A stretch of 64,000 nt of DNA, from positions 1,320 to 65,319 of the forward strand of contig JAQURX010000011.1 of the NCBI GenBank assembly GCA_028715415.1, read 5' to 3'. Shown here piece after piece: positions 47,790 through 57,383 of the stretch (positions are counted from its first letter, which is position 1; the number at the start of each line of letters is the position of its first letter). The notes below the pieces were generated by a model. The model did not search any database, had not been told where the DNA came from, and saw only the letters and a program-made list of their open reading frames with translations. The translations under genes and the position numbers were made by a program. The DNA is from Candidatus Omnitrophota bacterium. Lineage in GTDB: Bacteria; Omnitrophota; Gorgyraeia; Gygaellales; Profunditerraquicolaceae.

Positions 47790-48980
47790 TTAATTTGAAG
47801 AAATAAAAAATTGATTTAATTCAATTCCTGTCCAGTCTTGAAAACGGGGGGCTTTAAGCCAAAACTTTAACTCTGCAGGAACCGCGACAATTTGATAGAT
47901 AGTTTCTTTTGGGAGAGTGGCGCCTCCATCTTTAACCGAGACATCAAACACCTGCATCATCTTCTTAGCGCTGAAATTCCCACGGTATTTTTCTGCCAAA
48001 GCTAAAAGATTCCTGCGCCTTCTAACCGTTAAGTCATCGGTATCATAAATCGGCTCAACTATTCCCCAGGAACTATCCACAAAATGATTGGTTGAAACTA
48101 ATAATCCCGGCCGGTCAGGTTCTCTTCTTCTTACATCAAAAGGAGGCCATTCATAAGAATATGCTTTAGTTTTATCTGCTACATTTGCAATGAGCGAACA
48201 ATTTGAGCGGTTAGTATTTATGGAATCTTCCAGATTATCAAGAGTTGAGCAATTAAACAAAAACCCGAGTTCCTGAATAAAAGTATGGATCCTATTGGAA
48301 TAGAAAACATTCCCTCCGGAAACAATTGCTTCATTATTCTCAATAAACAAACCTTCTTTATTCATACCTGTTGATAAGCAAATTTGTCCGGCATAACCGA
48401 TAATTGCTGTAGGAACGCTCGAATCGCTCGGATTAAAAACTGTTATCGTTATAAATTCAGCAAAACGTTTAAAATAATTCACGTAATCAAAGTTACGGCC
48501 AAATACAAGCGGCCCGCCAGATGTATAATCATCCCAAGCTACTAAAGAAGAACAACCGAAATTGCTTAAAGTATTATTAACGTAAGAAATCGCGATTATC
48601 TGATCTAATATAATTAATTTATTTACATCCATTTTTGAAGTCTCAGCCATGCCATAAATAATTTCTTTAAAGCGCTTTGGGTAAGTATCAAATATGGTTT
48701 CAGCGATATCTTCTATTTCCTGATACTCCAAATCTTCTCTTCGTAAAAGATTCTTTTCAATAGCGAGTTTATAGAAATTATTTAATTCCTCCTTCATTAA
48801 TGCGCCGTACTGTCGGCCCATATTCCTGTAATCACCATTTAATTGAAGAAGGTCAAATTTGCCGATTTTATAGCGCTTTCCGCCTTCAAAAGAAGAATGA
48901 AAGATAGGGTGGGAATTATCAGAATAAGAAAGGGTTAAAAGGCTTAAGAAAATAATAACTGTTAAAAATATTTTCTTCAT
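47790..48980 (-). CDS. Secreted Ntn-hydrolase-like protein (C45 peptidase / acyltransferase-like)
   Basis: Signal peptide; NFGCSSLVAW resembling Gly-Cys autoprocessing/nucleophile site of C45/choloylglycine-type Ntn hydrolases; 396 aa. Confidence 0.35.
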   Translation of the reverse strand: MKKIFLTVIIFLSLLTLSYSDNSHPIFHSSFEGGKRYKIGKFDLLQLNGDYRNMGRQYGALMKEELNNFYKLAIEKNLLRREDLEYQEIEDIAETIFDTYPKRFKEIIYGMAETSKMDVNKLIILDQIIAISYVNNTLSNFGCSSLVAWDDYTSGGPLVFGRNFDYVNYFKRFAEFITITVFNPSDSSVPTAIIGYAGQICLSTGMNKEGLFIENNEAIVSGGNVFYSNRIHTFIQELGFLFNCSTLDNLEDSINTNRSNCSLIANVADKTKAYSYEWPPFDVRRREPDRPGLLVSTNHFVDSSWGIVEPIYDTDDLTVRRRRNLLALAEKYRGNFSAKKMMQVFDVSVKDGGATLPKETIYQIVAVPAELKFWLKAPRFQDWTGIELNQFFISSN

Positions 48981-49024
48981 ACTACAATTATAAACTTAAT
49001 ACTTTTATTGTCAATAAAAACGGA

Positions 49025-49060
49025 TAAAAAAATGGGCGGTTCTATTTTTCTAGAACCGCC
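49025..49060 (-). terminator. Rho-independent terminator (ggcggttcta-loop-tagaaccgcc) with A7 upstream (T7 on minus strand)
   Basis: Perfect 10-bp stem at 49035-49060; lies downstream of minus-strand gene 49175..50077. Confidence 0.55.
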
Positions 49061-49174
49061 ACAGTTTTTAATATTTTTATACTTGAGCGGCTACAAAACT
49101 AATCTTTTGAGAATAATTTTTAGCCGGGCCGCTCAAGTATTTCGCTCCAAAACTTCTGGTGTTACCCGAGGAGC

Positions 49175-50077
49175 TCATTTATTTCCGCCTCTACCACCGC
49201 CCCTATGCGCTCCACCACCTCTTGGCCCTCCACCTGGAGCACCTTGATGCATAGCACCGCTATCCCTCATATCGCGCTTAAGTTCTCGTTGGTCATTTTT
49301 AAGCTCACGCGTATCTCTCTTGAGTTCTTTAAAATCCCCTTGCCTAAGGTCATTTTTAATTTCTCTTTTATCTTGCTGAATCTCTCTTCGTTCAGCCTGA
49401 ACCTCTCTTTTATCCCTTAAATCAGGGCTTGCACCCGGACCGCCTTGTGGCCCCGGCTGATTTTCCCAATTAGTTCCCGGACCGCCCTTTGGGCCTGGAG
49501 GATTATTGTCTCTGTCTTTCCATGGCCTTCTGTCAGGGCCTGCTCCTGGACCTCCCTGAGGCCCCGGCTGATTTTCCCAATTAGTTCCCGGACCGCCCTT
49601 TGGGCCTGGAGGATTATTGTCTCTATCCCTTCTCGGAGGCAAATATCCTTCTTGACGGCCTTCTTTAAAATCCGATCTAATTTCCTGGCGAGCATCTTGT
49701 AAACCCTTTAAATCCTGTTGTTTTTGCTGAACATTCTCTTGATGCGTTGTTTTAAGCTGTTCTCTTATTTCTCTTGCTTTTTCAAAATCACCTGATTGTA
49801 TAGCCTGATGCATCTGGTCACGCAAATTCTTTTCTTCTTGTTTTGCTTCCTGAGCATTACTTTTAACTCCTTCTTTTAAACTTTGAATCTGTTCCTTATC
49901 AGATTTTAAATCTTGTTTCCATTCTTGCTTACCTGAAACTTCAGAACTCGCTACAGTTGCAGATGTTTCCTCCTGCGCAAATACAGTTGTCGCGCAGAAA
50001 ACAAAACTAAAAACACTTGAAACAACCAACGCCTTCTTTACCATCTTCACCTTTTCCTCCTCTCTTGTATTTATCAT
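49175..50077 (-). CDS. Secreted low-complexity repeat protein (charged coiled-coil flanks, Gly/Pro-rich 37-aa tandem repeat)
   Basis: Signal peptide; repeat DRDNNPPGPKGGPGTNWENQPGPQGGPGA(G/S)PD x2; Gln/Glu/Lys/Arg-rich flanks; C-terminal Gly/Arg tail. Confidence 0.5.
   Translation of the reverse strand: MINTREEEKVKMVKKALVVSSVFSFVFCATTVFAQEETSATVASSEVSGKQEWKQDLKSDKEQIQSLKEGVKSNAQEAKQEEKNLRDQMHQAIQSGDFEKAREIREQLKTTHQENVQQKQQDLKGLQDARQEIRSDFKEGRQEGYLPPRRDRDNNPPGPKGGPGTNWENQPGPQGGPGAGPDRRPWKDRDNNPPGPKGGPGTNWENQPGPQGGPGASPDLRDKREVQAERREIQQDKREIKNDLRQGDFKELKRDTRELKNDQRELKRDMRDSGAMHQGAPGGGPRGGGAHRGGGRGGNK
49449..49670. repeat. Two tandem copies of a 111-bp in-frame coding repeat
   Basis: ggccccggctgattttcccaattagttcccggaccgccctttgggcctggaggattattgtctct at 49449 and again at 49560, near identical. 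Confidence 0.7.
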
Positions 50078-52551
50078 TTAGTTTGCACGCCCCAGATATC
50101 TTTAGCATACTCCCTGATTGTCCTATCTGACGAGAATCTTCCGGATTTAGCAACATTAATGATAGACTTCTCAACCCAACTCTTTTTATCTTTATAAAGC
50201 TTAGCCACTTTATCCTGAGTTGCACAATAATCCTCAAAATCAGCACAAACAAAATAGGTATCCGTGAAAATTAAATGGTCAGTAATCGGGCGAAATATAT
50301 CCAACTCTTTGGTAGAAAAATAATTCCCCTGGATAAGCCAAATTATCTCTTTTAAAAGCGCAGAACTCTGGATAAAACTCTGAGGCTGATATCCCGATCG
50401 TTTTAATTGATTAATATCCTCTACGCGTTTTCCAAATATAAAAATATTTTCCTTCCCTACCGCCTCGGCTATCTCAATATTTGCACCATCGTATGTGCCG
50501 ATAGTAAGAGCGCCATTAACCATAAACTTCATACAACCCGTTCCGGAGGCTTCTGTGCCCGCTGTTGAAATCTGTTCTGATAAGTTACTTGCGGGAAAGA
50601 TCTTTTCTGCTAAAGAAACATTATAATCTTCCAAAAACACTATTTTTAACAAACCGTTTATACTTTTATCATTATTGATTACTTCCGCAACATTGTTAAT
50701 AAACTTAACAATTAACTTGGCCATGAAATATCCCGGTGCTGACTTTCCCCCAAAAATACAAGTACGAGGAACAAAAGAATTCCCCAAATTATTCTTTATA
50801 GTAAGATAACTTGCAATAGCATTAAACGCAAACAGTAACTGCCTCTTATATTCATGCATCCTTTTTACCTGGACATCAAACATAGAATCAGGATCAATTA
50901 CTATTTTGTTATTTTTATAAATATAATCGGCTAAATATTTCTTGTTTTCTTCTTTAACGCTCTGCCATTTTTTACAAAATGAGCTATCATTTACAAAATT
51001 AAGCAACTTTTCTGTTTCATTAAGGTCGGTTATCCATTTATCACCGATAGTTTCCGTAATTAAATTAGACAATCTATGATTTGCAGAAAGGAGCCATCTT
51101 CTTTGAGTTATGCCATTAGTCTTATTATTGAATTTTGCAGGAAAAATTAAATAAAAATCCTTAAACACATCAGCCTTTAAAAGCTCGCTATGAAGAGCTG
51201 AAACACCATTAACTGAAAATGAACCGATGACAGCAAGATACGCCATACGCACTAACTTAGGGTTTCCTTCTTCTATGATTGAAACTCTTCTTAAGATATC
51301 AATATCATTAGGGAATTTCTTTTTAATTTCTTCAAGAAACCTCCGGTTAATTTCATAAATAATTTCTAAATGGCGCGGTAGAAGTGTCTCAAAAAGAGCT
51401 ACCGACCATTTCTCCAATGCCTCCGACATTACCGTATGGTTAGTATAGGCAAAAGTCTTTGTCGTAATCTCCCATGCAGCCTCCCAGTCTAATTTTTCAA
51501 CATCTACAAGAAGGCGCATCAGCTCAACAATAGATATAGACGGATGGGTATCATTTAATTGGATAACAACTTTCTCGGGGAATTTTCTTAAGTCCTCATC
51601 ATCTTCTTTAAACCTCCTGATGATATCCGCTAGTGAAGCTGCGGAAAAGAAATACTCCTGCCCAAGGCGCAAAGTTTTCCCACGGTCTATATTATCATTC
51701 GGATAGAGCACTTTTGAGATTACTTCTGACTCAATCTTTCGAAAAACCGCACGCTCATAATCTCCGGTATTAAAATAATCCAAATCAAAATCTTCAGTAC
51801 TCCGCGCAGACCAAACTCTTAAAGTATTAACTATATCATTTTTATATCCGGGGACAGGCACATCATAAGGCCTTGCCAATACATCTTTGGTATCTACCCA
51901 TCCAACGCAGAGTTTATTATTTTCATCATTGAACATATGTGTGCGCCCAAAGAATTTTACTCTTACAGTATATTCCTGGCGCTCAAAATCCCACGGATTC
52001 CCTTTGCTAAGCCAGGCATCAGGCAATTCAACCTGCCTTCCATTAATTATCTTTTGTTTAAAAATCCCGTAATCATAACGAATCCCGTAACCATAGGCAG
52101 GGATATTCAAGGTTGCCATTGAATCAAGAAAACAAGCAGCCAACCTTCCTAAACCGCCATTGCCTAATCCGGCGTCGCGTTCGCATTCACTTAAATCTTC
52201 TATCTCCAGCCCAAGCGACTCCATAGCCTCTTTAGCCTTTTCCCACAGCCCAAGATTAAACATATTTGTCTCAAGGAGCCTGCCGATTAAGAACTCAAGC
52301 GACAAATAATACACGCGCTTTACGTTCTTCTTGTGGTATCTTTCCTGAGTTACCAGCCATTTCTCAATCAACTCATCGCGCATTGTTAATGCAAGAGCTG
52401 TAAATTTATCTTCTTCTGTTGAATTATACTTATCTTTACCAAGCCGATATTCCAAATTGCTCCAGAAAGAAGTTTCAATACCTTTTTTTGTTGTATCCTT
52501 GTTAACTTTTACCCAATTATGGTTATTATTGTTTTCTTTTGTCTCCATCAA
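50074..52551 (-). CDS. glgP: Glycogen/alpha-glucan phosphorylase
   Basis: PLP-binding region EASGTGCMKFMVNGALTIGTYDGANIE; 825 aa. Confidence 0.9.
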   Translation of the reverse strand: MMETKENNNNHNWVKVNKDTTKKGIETSFWSNLEYRLGKDKYNSTEEDKFTALALTMRDELIEKWLVTQERYHKKNVKRVYYLSLEFLIGRLLETNMFNLGLWEKAKEAMESLGLEIEDLSECERDAGLGNGGLGRLAACFLDSMATLNIPAYGYGIRYDYGIFKQKIINGRQVELPDAWLSKGNPWDFERQEYTVRVKFFGRTHMFNDENNKLCVGWVDTKDVLARPYDVPVPGYKNDIVNTLRVWSARSTEDFDLDYFNTGDYERAVFRKIESEVISKVLYPNDNIDRGKTLRLGQEYFFSAASLADIIRRFKEDDEDLRKFPEKVVIQLNDTHPSISIVELMRLLVDVEKLDWEAAWEITTKTFAYTNHTVMSEALEKWSVALFETLLPRHLEIIYEINRRFLEEIKKKFPNDIDILRRVSIIEEGNPKLVRMAYLAVIGSFSVNGVSALHSELLKADVFKDFYLIFPAKFNNKTNGITQRRWLLSANHRLSNLITETIGDKWITDLNETEKLLNFVNDSSFCKKWQSVKEENKKYLADYIYKNNKIVIDPDSMFDVQVKRMHEYKRQLLFAFNAIASYLTIKNNLGNSFVPRTCIFGGKSAPGYFMAKLIVKFINNVAEVINNDKSINGLLKIVFLEDYNVSLAEKIFPASNLSEQISTAGTEASGTGCMKFMVNGALTIGTYDGANIEIAEAVGKENIFIFGKRVEDINQLKRSGYQPQSFIQSSALLKEIIWLIQGNYFSTKELDIFRPITDHLIFTDTYFVCADFEDYCATQDKVAKLYKDKKSWVEKSIINVAKSGRFSSDRTIREYAKDIWGVQTK

Positions 52552-52558
52552 ACCCTCC

Positions 52559-53686
52559 CTACCCCATGGTCTTGCGGAATTTCAAAGCACTAAAAATAAT
52601 AACCGATATACCTATGAAAAATAAAGGGACAAGCTGCACCCAAAGGATGTCAATACCTACCCCTTTTAAAAATATACTCCTGATAACTTCCATGAAGTAA
52701 CGTAAAGGATTAAAATAAGTAAACATTTGGATAAACTTCGGCATATTAGCAATTGGATATGCAAATCCTGACAACAAAACAGTCGGCATATAAAAAAGAA
52801 AAACCGACATCATTGCTTCCTGCTGAGTTGACGATATCGTAGAAATAAACAATCCAATCCCCAAGGTAGTAAACAAATAAATACTTGTAGAAAATAGCAA
52901 CAAAGGTATGCTTCCTCTTAATGGTATATTAAACCAAAGCACGCCTAATATCGTAATAAGAGTAATCTGAACAAGCGCAATTGCAGCAAAAGGAAGAAGC
53001 TTACCAACAATAAGCTCAAGCGGCCTTAAGGGGCTTACTATCAACTGCTCCATAGTGCCGATTTCTTTTTCTTTGACTATCGCCATTGCTGTCAGTAACA
53101 GAGACATCATAGTTACAATTGTGGCAATTACTCCCGGAAGATAATAATTTCTTGAAACAAGATTTCCGTTAAACCATGCCCGGTCTTTTAAATCAACAAG
53201 TGGAATAGGCTTCATCCATCCGGACGACTCCGCCTCTTCCTTCATAAGCGCATACTGGGTACTGTTTACAATCGTATTAGCATAGCCCATAACAACCATA
53301 GCCGTATTTGAATCTGTGCCATCAAATGCCAACTGGATATTCCCTCCTCTTCCAGCGTTAAGATCCCTGCCAAAACCACGGTCAATATGGATTACCACAC
53401 TTGATAAACCTTTATCTAAAACAAAATTCTGTTCTTTATCAGTATAAATAAAACGCTCGGGAATAAAATATTTGGAAAAAGTAAACCTGCGCAGAAGTTC
53501 ACGGCTTTCTACGGAATTATCCTTATCGTAAATTGCAGTCGGGACATAATTAATATCTTTATTGGCAGCATAACCAAACAGGATTATCTGGATAAGAGGA
53601 GTAATAAAAATTACCGTCCGCATCCTCGGGTCGCGGAAGATTTGTTTAAACTCTTTAACTAAAATTGCCAATGCCCTTTCAAACAA
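52559..53686 (-). CDS. ABC-2 family transporter permease
   Basis: 375 aa, N-terminal cytoplasmic segment, large periplasmic loop then 5 C-terminal TM helices (YhhJ/RbbA-like). Confidence 0.7.
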   Translation of the reverse strand: MFERALAILVKEFKQIFRDPRMRTVIFITPLIQIILFGYAANKDINYVPTAIYDKDNSVESRELLRRFTFSKYFIPERFIYTDKEQNFVLDKGLSSVVIHIDRGFGRDLNAGRGGNIQLAFDGTDSNTAMVVMGYANTIVNSTQYALMKEEAESSGWMKPIPLVDLKDRAWFNGNLVSRNYYLPGVIATIVTMMSLLLTAMAIVKEKEIGTMEQLIVSPLRPLELIVGKLLPFAAIALVQITLITILGVLWFNIPLRGSIPLLLFSTSIYLFTTLGIGLFISTISSTQQEAMMSVFLFYMPTVLLSGFAYPIANMPKFIQMFTYFNPLRYFMEVIRSIFLKGVGIDILWVQLVPLFFIGISVIIFSALKFRKTMG

Positions 53687-54829
53687 TTACGCCACCTTCT
53701 TTTTGAATTTCTTTATAGCCAAACTAAGCATAACAAAACCAAATAAGAATAGCAGCAATGTCTCATCCCATATAGTTTCCATACCATTGCCTTTTAAGAA
53801 TAAATCCCTTAATACTACGATATAATAGCGCGCCGGGACTAAATAAGTAACTGCTTGCACAAATTTCGGCATGTTAAAAATCGGATAGATAAATCCCGAA
53901 AGAAGCAAGGTCGGTATCATTGTAGTCAGGCTTGCCAACTGGCTTGCCATTAATTGCGTCCGGGCAACTACAGAAATCCATATTCCCTGCGATAATGCGC
54001 CGGTTAAAAAGAAAGAACTAACGATAAAGAGCAAGAAATAACTTCCCCGGAAAGGGACATCAAATAGAAATCTTGCCATAACAACTCCAACCGTAAGGTC
54101 AAAGAAACCGATTACAAAATAAGGAATGAATTTTCCAATGATTAACTCCGGAGCTTTTACCGGAGTAGAAATCAATTGCTCCATTGTCCCCCTCTCCCAT
54201 TCTCTGGCGATACAGATGGAAGTAAGTAATGAGGCTATAATCATAATAATCATCGCAATTACCCCGGGGACAATAAACCAGGTACTGGTTAAGCCCATAT
54301 TAAACCAGACCCTTGAACGGGCATCAATGGTTTTAGTCGGCTTAATATCATTCTGGGTAAATATATTAGTTAAAAGCCTGACGTTATAAGTAGCAACTAC
54401 GGAACGCACATAATTCATAGCAATAGTCGCGGTGTTAGCATCACTGCCATCTACTATCAACTGCAGGGGCGCGGTATTCCCCGAATTTATTAAACTAGAG
54501 AAATCCTTGGGGATAACCATCCCAAGCATAACCTTCCCGCTATTAATACTATGTTCAATATCGCGGTAATTATCCGTATATCCGACTATCTTAAAATATT
54601 TGGAATTTTTAAAATTAAGCAGGAAATTCCGCGTAAGCTCAGAAGAAGCATCCTGATTCCAAATAAGCGTAGGCACGTGGTCAATATCAAGAGAAAGCCC
54701 ATAGCCGAAAATAAGCAACATAAACATCGGAATTCCCAAAGCCAGCCCTAAACTCCGCGGGTCACGCTTAATCTGGACAAATTCCTTCCAGGCTATAGAC
54801 TTAATCCTTCTTAAGCTGCTCTTTATCAT
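53687..54829 (-). CDS. ABC-2 family transporter permease (paralog)
   Basis: 380 aa, same architecture, adjacent to paralog. Confidence 0.7.
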   Translation of the reverse strand: MIKSSLRRIKSIAWKEFVQIKRDPRSLGLALGIPMFMLLIFGYGLSLDIDHVPTLIWNQDASSELTRNFLLNFKNSKYFKIVGYTDNYRDIEHSINSGKVMLGMVIPKDFSSLINSGNTAPLQLIVDGSDANTATIAMNYVRSVVATYNVRLLTNIFTQNDIKPTKTIDARSRVWFNMGLTSTWFIVPGVIAMIIMIIASLLTSICIAREWERGTMEQLISTPVKAPELIIGKFIPYFVIGFFDLTVGVVMARFLFDVPFRGSYFLLFIVSSFFLTGALSQGIWISVVARTQLMASQLASLTTMIPTLLLSGFIYPIFNMPKFVQAVTYLVPARYYIVVLRDLFLKGNGMETIWDETLLLFLFGFVMLSLAIKKFKKKVA

Positions 54830-55757
54830 ATTTTTCTATAGAATAAACAAACACGTCTTCAAGAGAAGGGAGTATTTTTTCAACGCTAAATTCTCCAACA
54901 TTCTCTTTTTGCAAAAAACTCTTTATGGTTGGTATTGCCTTTACGCTATCATAAACAAGAGCATGAATATTTGCTCCAAAAAGGGCCGCATCTTTAACCC
55001 CTTCAATTTTACTTATCTCTTGAAGCCAATTCTGGGCTTGCGGCAAAACAATCTCAACTATTTCGTCTTTCATAATTTTAGTCTTCATTTCAGTAGGAGT
55101 GCCCATAGCAATAATTGTCCCGTGGTAAATTAAAACCATACGGTCGCAATTCTCAGCTTCGTCCATATAATGGGTTGTGACAAAAACAGTTACTCCATTT
55201 TTAGCCAAGCCTTTAATAACGCTCCAGAAATTAGCGCGGGTTATCGGGTCAACCCCCGAAGTTGGTTCATCCAAAAAAATGAATTTCGGCTTATGAAGAA
55301 GCGCACAACCTAAAGCCAAGCGCTGTTTCCATCCCCCGGCAAGCGTTACAGTAAGAGCTGACTCCATCCCTTCCAGTCCTGCAGTACGGACAGTCTCCTC
55401 TAAACGCTCCTTCTTTTTATCATTTGGAATCTTGTATATCCCGCTATAAAAATTAATATTCTCCTCAACGGTCAAATCATTATATAAAGAAAATTTCTGC
55501 GACATATAGCCGATGTTTTCTTTAATTTTACGCTGCTCTTTAATTATATCAAAACCCCCAACCCTACCCGATCCCGAAGTAGGAGGAATAATCCCACAAA
55601 GCATTCTTATGGTTGTAGACTTACCCGCGCCATTAGGGCCAAGAAATCCAAAAATTTCGCCTTGGTTAACTTCAAAATTAATTTTATTAACAGCGGTAAA
55701 ACTGCCGAATTTTTTCTCAAGATTTTGTACACTAACCGCTATTGTTTCTGTAGGCAT
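54801..55757 (-). CDS. ABC transporter ATP-binding protein
   Basis: Walker A GPNGAGKST, signature LAGGWKQRL, Walker B FIFLDEPTSGVD; 318 aa. Confidence 0.85.
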   Translation of the reverse strand: MPTETIAVSVQNLEKKFGSFTAVNKINFEVNQGEIFGFLGPNGAGKSTTIRMLCGIIPPTSGSGRVGGFDIIKEQRKIKENIGYMSQKFSLYNDLTVEENINFYSGIYKIPNDKKKERLEETVRTAGLEGMESALTVTLAGGWKQRLALGCALLHKPKFIFLDEPTSGVDPITRANFWSVIKGLAKNGVTVFVTTHYMDEAENCDRMVLIYHGTIIAMGTPTEMKTKIMKDEIVEIVLPQAQNWLQEISKIEGVKDAALFGANIHALVYDSVKAIPTIKSFLQKENVGEFSVEKILPSLEDVFVYSIEKYDKEQLKKD

Positions 55758-55765
55758 AGGGGGAT

Positions 55766-56509
55766 TTATTTACTTTTTTCCTTTTCTTCGCATTCATTAA
55801 TTATCTTCACAAACGCTTCTTCTAATGTCTTGGAATTGCATTCTTTCTTTATTTTTCCGGGAGTTTCACATCTTAATAGCTTGCCTTTATGCATCAGCCC
55901 CACCCTACCGCAGCGTTCAGCTTCATCAAGATAACAGGTTGAGCAAAAAATTGTTACCTTTTCTTTAAGTAATTCATAAAGGATATTCCAGAAATCCCTT
56001 CTTGAAACCGGGTCAACTCCATTGGTAGGCTCGTCTAGAAATAAAACTTTCGGGGTATGTATTAAAGCGCAGGCTAAACCTAATTTTTGTTTCATCCCTC
56101 CTGAAAGCTTACCGGCAAAACGTTCTTTAAAGGGGAGTAAACCGGAAAAACCAAGTAGGCGGTCAACTGCCTCCTCGCGATGTTCTTTACCAACTCCATA
56201 AACATCGGCGTAAAAATGGATATTTTCTAACACGGTTAATTCTTCATAAAGCCCGAATCGCTGCGACATATAAGCGATATTTTCTTTCAGGCTTTCAGCT
56301 TCTTTAACTGTATGCTTATTGTAAACCCAGGCCTCGCCTTCTGTGGGGTCCATAATTCCGGTTAGAAGCCGCATCGTAGTGGTCTTTCCTGCTCCGTCGG
56401 GCCCAACCAAACCAAAAATCTCCCCCTCTTCAACCTCAAGGTTAAGATGGTCAAGCGCAGTTAAAGCCCCGAATTTTCGGGAAAGATTTTCAGTTTTTAT
56501 GGTAATCAT
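55766..56509 (-). CDS. ABC transporter ATP-binding protein
   Basis: Walker A GPDGAGKTT, LSGGMKQKL, LFLDEPTNGVD; 247 aa. Confidence 0.85.
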   Translation of the reverse strand: MITIKTENLSRKFGALTALDHLNLEVEEGEIFGLVGPDGAGKTTTMRLLTGIMDPTEGEAWVYNKHTVKEAESLKENIAYMSQRFGLYEELTVLENIHFYADVYGVGKEHREEAVDRLLGFSGLLPFKERFAGKLSGGMKQKLGLACALIHTPKVLFLDEPTNGVDPVSRRDFWNILYELLKEKVTIFCSTCYLDEAERCGRVGLMHKGKLLRCETPGKIKKECNSKTLEEAFVKIINECEEKEKSK

Positions 56510-56519
56510 TGATAAAAAC

Positions 56520-57383
56520 TTACTCGATAATTATGTAGGCGTCAGCAGGCATCCCGGGTTTTAAATCCAAGCTTGAATTGTCAGCTCTAACCTTAATCCT
56601 GTAAACGTATTTTACTCTTTCTTCACTGGTCTGGATATATTTCGGAGTGAATTCTGCCTGGCTGGATATAAATGAAACGCGTCCGTCGTATTTTTTCCCT
56701 TTATAGCTATCCGTCTGAATATACGCTTTCTGGTTTAATTTAACTTTACCTAAATCAGTTTCGTTTATGTAAGCAGTAACCCAAACATCATCAAGGTTTA
56801 CCGCGGTAAAAACCGGAGCACCCGCCTGCACAACTTCACCGGGTAGAGCGCTTTTTACAAGAACCCATCCATCAAGAGGGCTTGCCAAATCTGTCCACCC
56901 TAATTTTGTATTAGCCAATTCCAAAGAAGCACGCAATTGCTTAATATTTGCCGAATCAGTATCCATTTTAGTTTTTGCAGCATCCCTCTGCTGGGTGGAA
57001 ATTGCGCCTGCCTTAAGAAGGTTTTCCGCTCTGATATAATCATCGGAGTCAAGCTTATACTGGTATTCCGCGTATTTTAAAGAAGCTTCTGCTTCGGCCT
57101 TAGTCTTGCTTAACTCATCTTTATTGAGCCGGGCGACGATATCGCCTATTTTAATAACCATACCTTCATCAGTTAAGAGCTCGGTAATCTGCCCCTCTAC
57201 CCTGAAGGATATACGCACATCGTCTCCTTCAATATTTCCGGAAACTTTTACAACTTTCCCATTGCCATCCCGCGCCTTTAATATAAAAAACACCGCCGCA
57301 GAAATTCCGATAATTATTATTACTAATAAAAGAATAAATTTAATCTTTTTTTTCATCCCGCCCTTACTTAATTCTAGGCTCAT
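56520..57383 (-). CDS. HlyD-family membrane fusion protein
   Basis: N-terminal TM anchor, coiled-coil and beta-barrel/lipoyl-like regions typical of periplasmic adaptors; 287 aa. Confidence 0.7.
   Translation of the reverse strand: MSLELSKGGMKKKIKFILLLVIIIIGISAAVFFILKARDGNGKVVKVSGNIEGDDVRISFRVEGQITELLTDEGMVIKIGDIVARLNKDELSKTKAEAEASLKYAEYQYKLDSDDYIRAENLLKAGAISTQQRDAAKTKMDTDSANIKQLRASLELANTKLGWTDLASPLDGWVLVKSALPGEVVQAGAPVFTAVNLDDVWVTAYINETDLGKVKLNQKAYIQTDSYKGKKYDGRVSFISSQAEFTPKYIQTSEERVKYVYRIKVRADNSSLDLKPGMPADAYIIIE

Noticed and set aside
49449-49670. Tandem repeats checked as possible CRISPR array
   Set aside because: Only two copies, 111-bp period, no spacer/repeat alternation, and in-frame within a coding gene; no cas genes in the window.
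50007-50252. 81-aa minus ORF overlapping the glgP stop / repeat-protein start
   Set aside because: It overlaps two well-supported genes in another frame; spurious.
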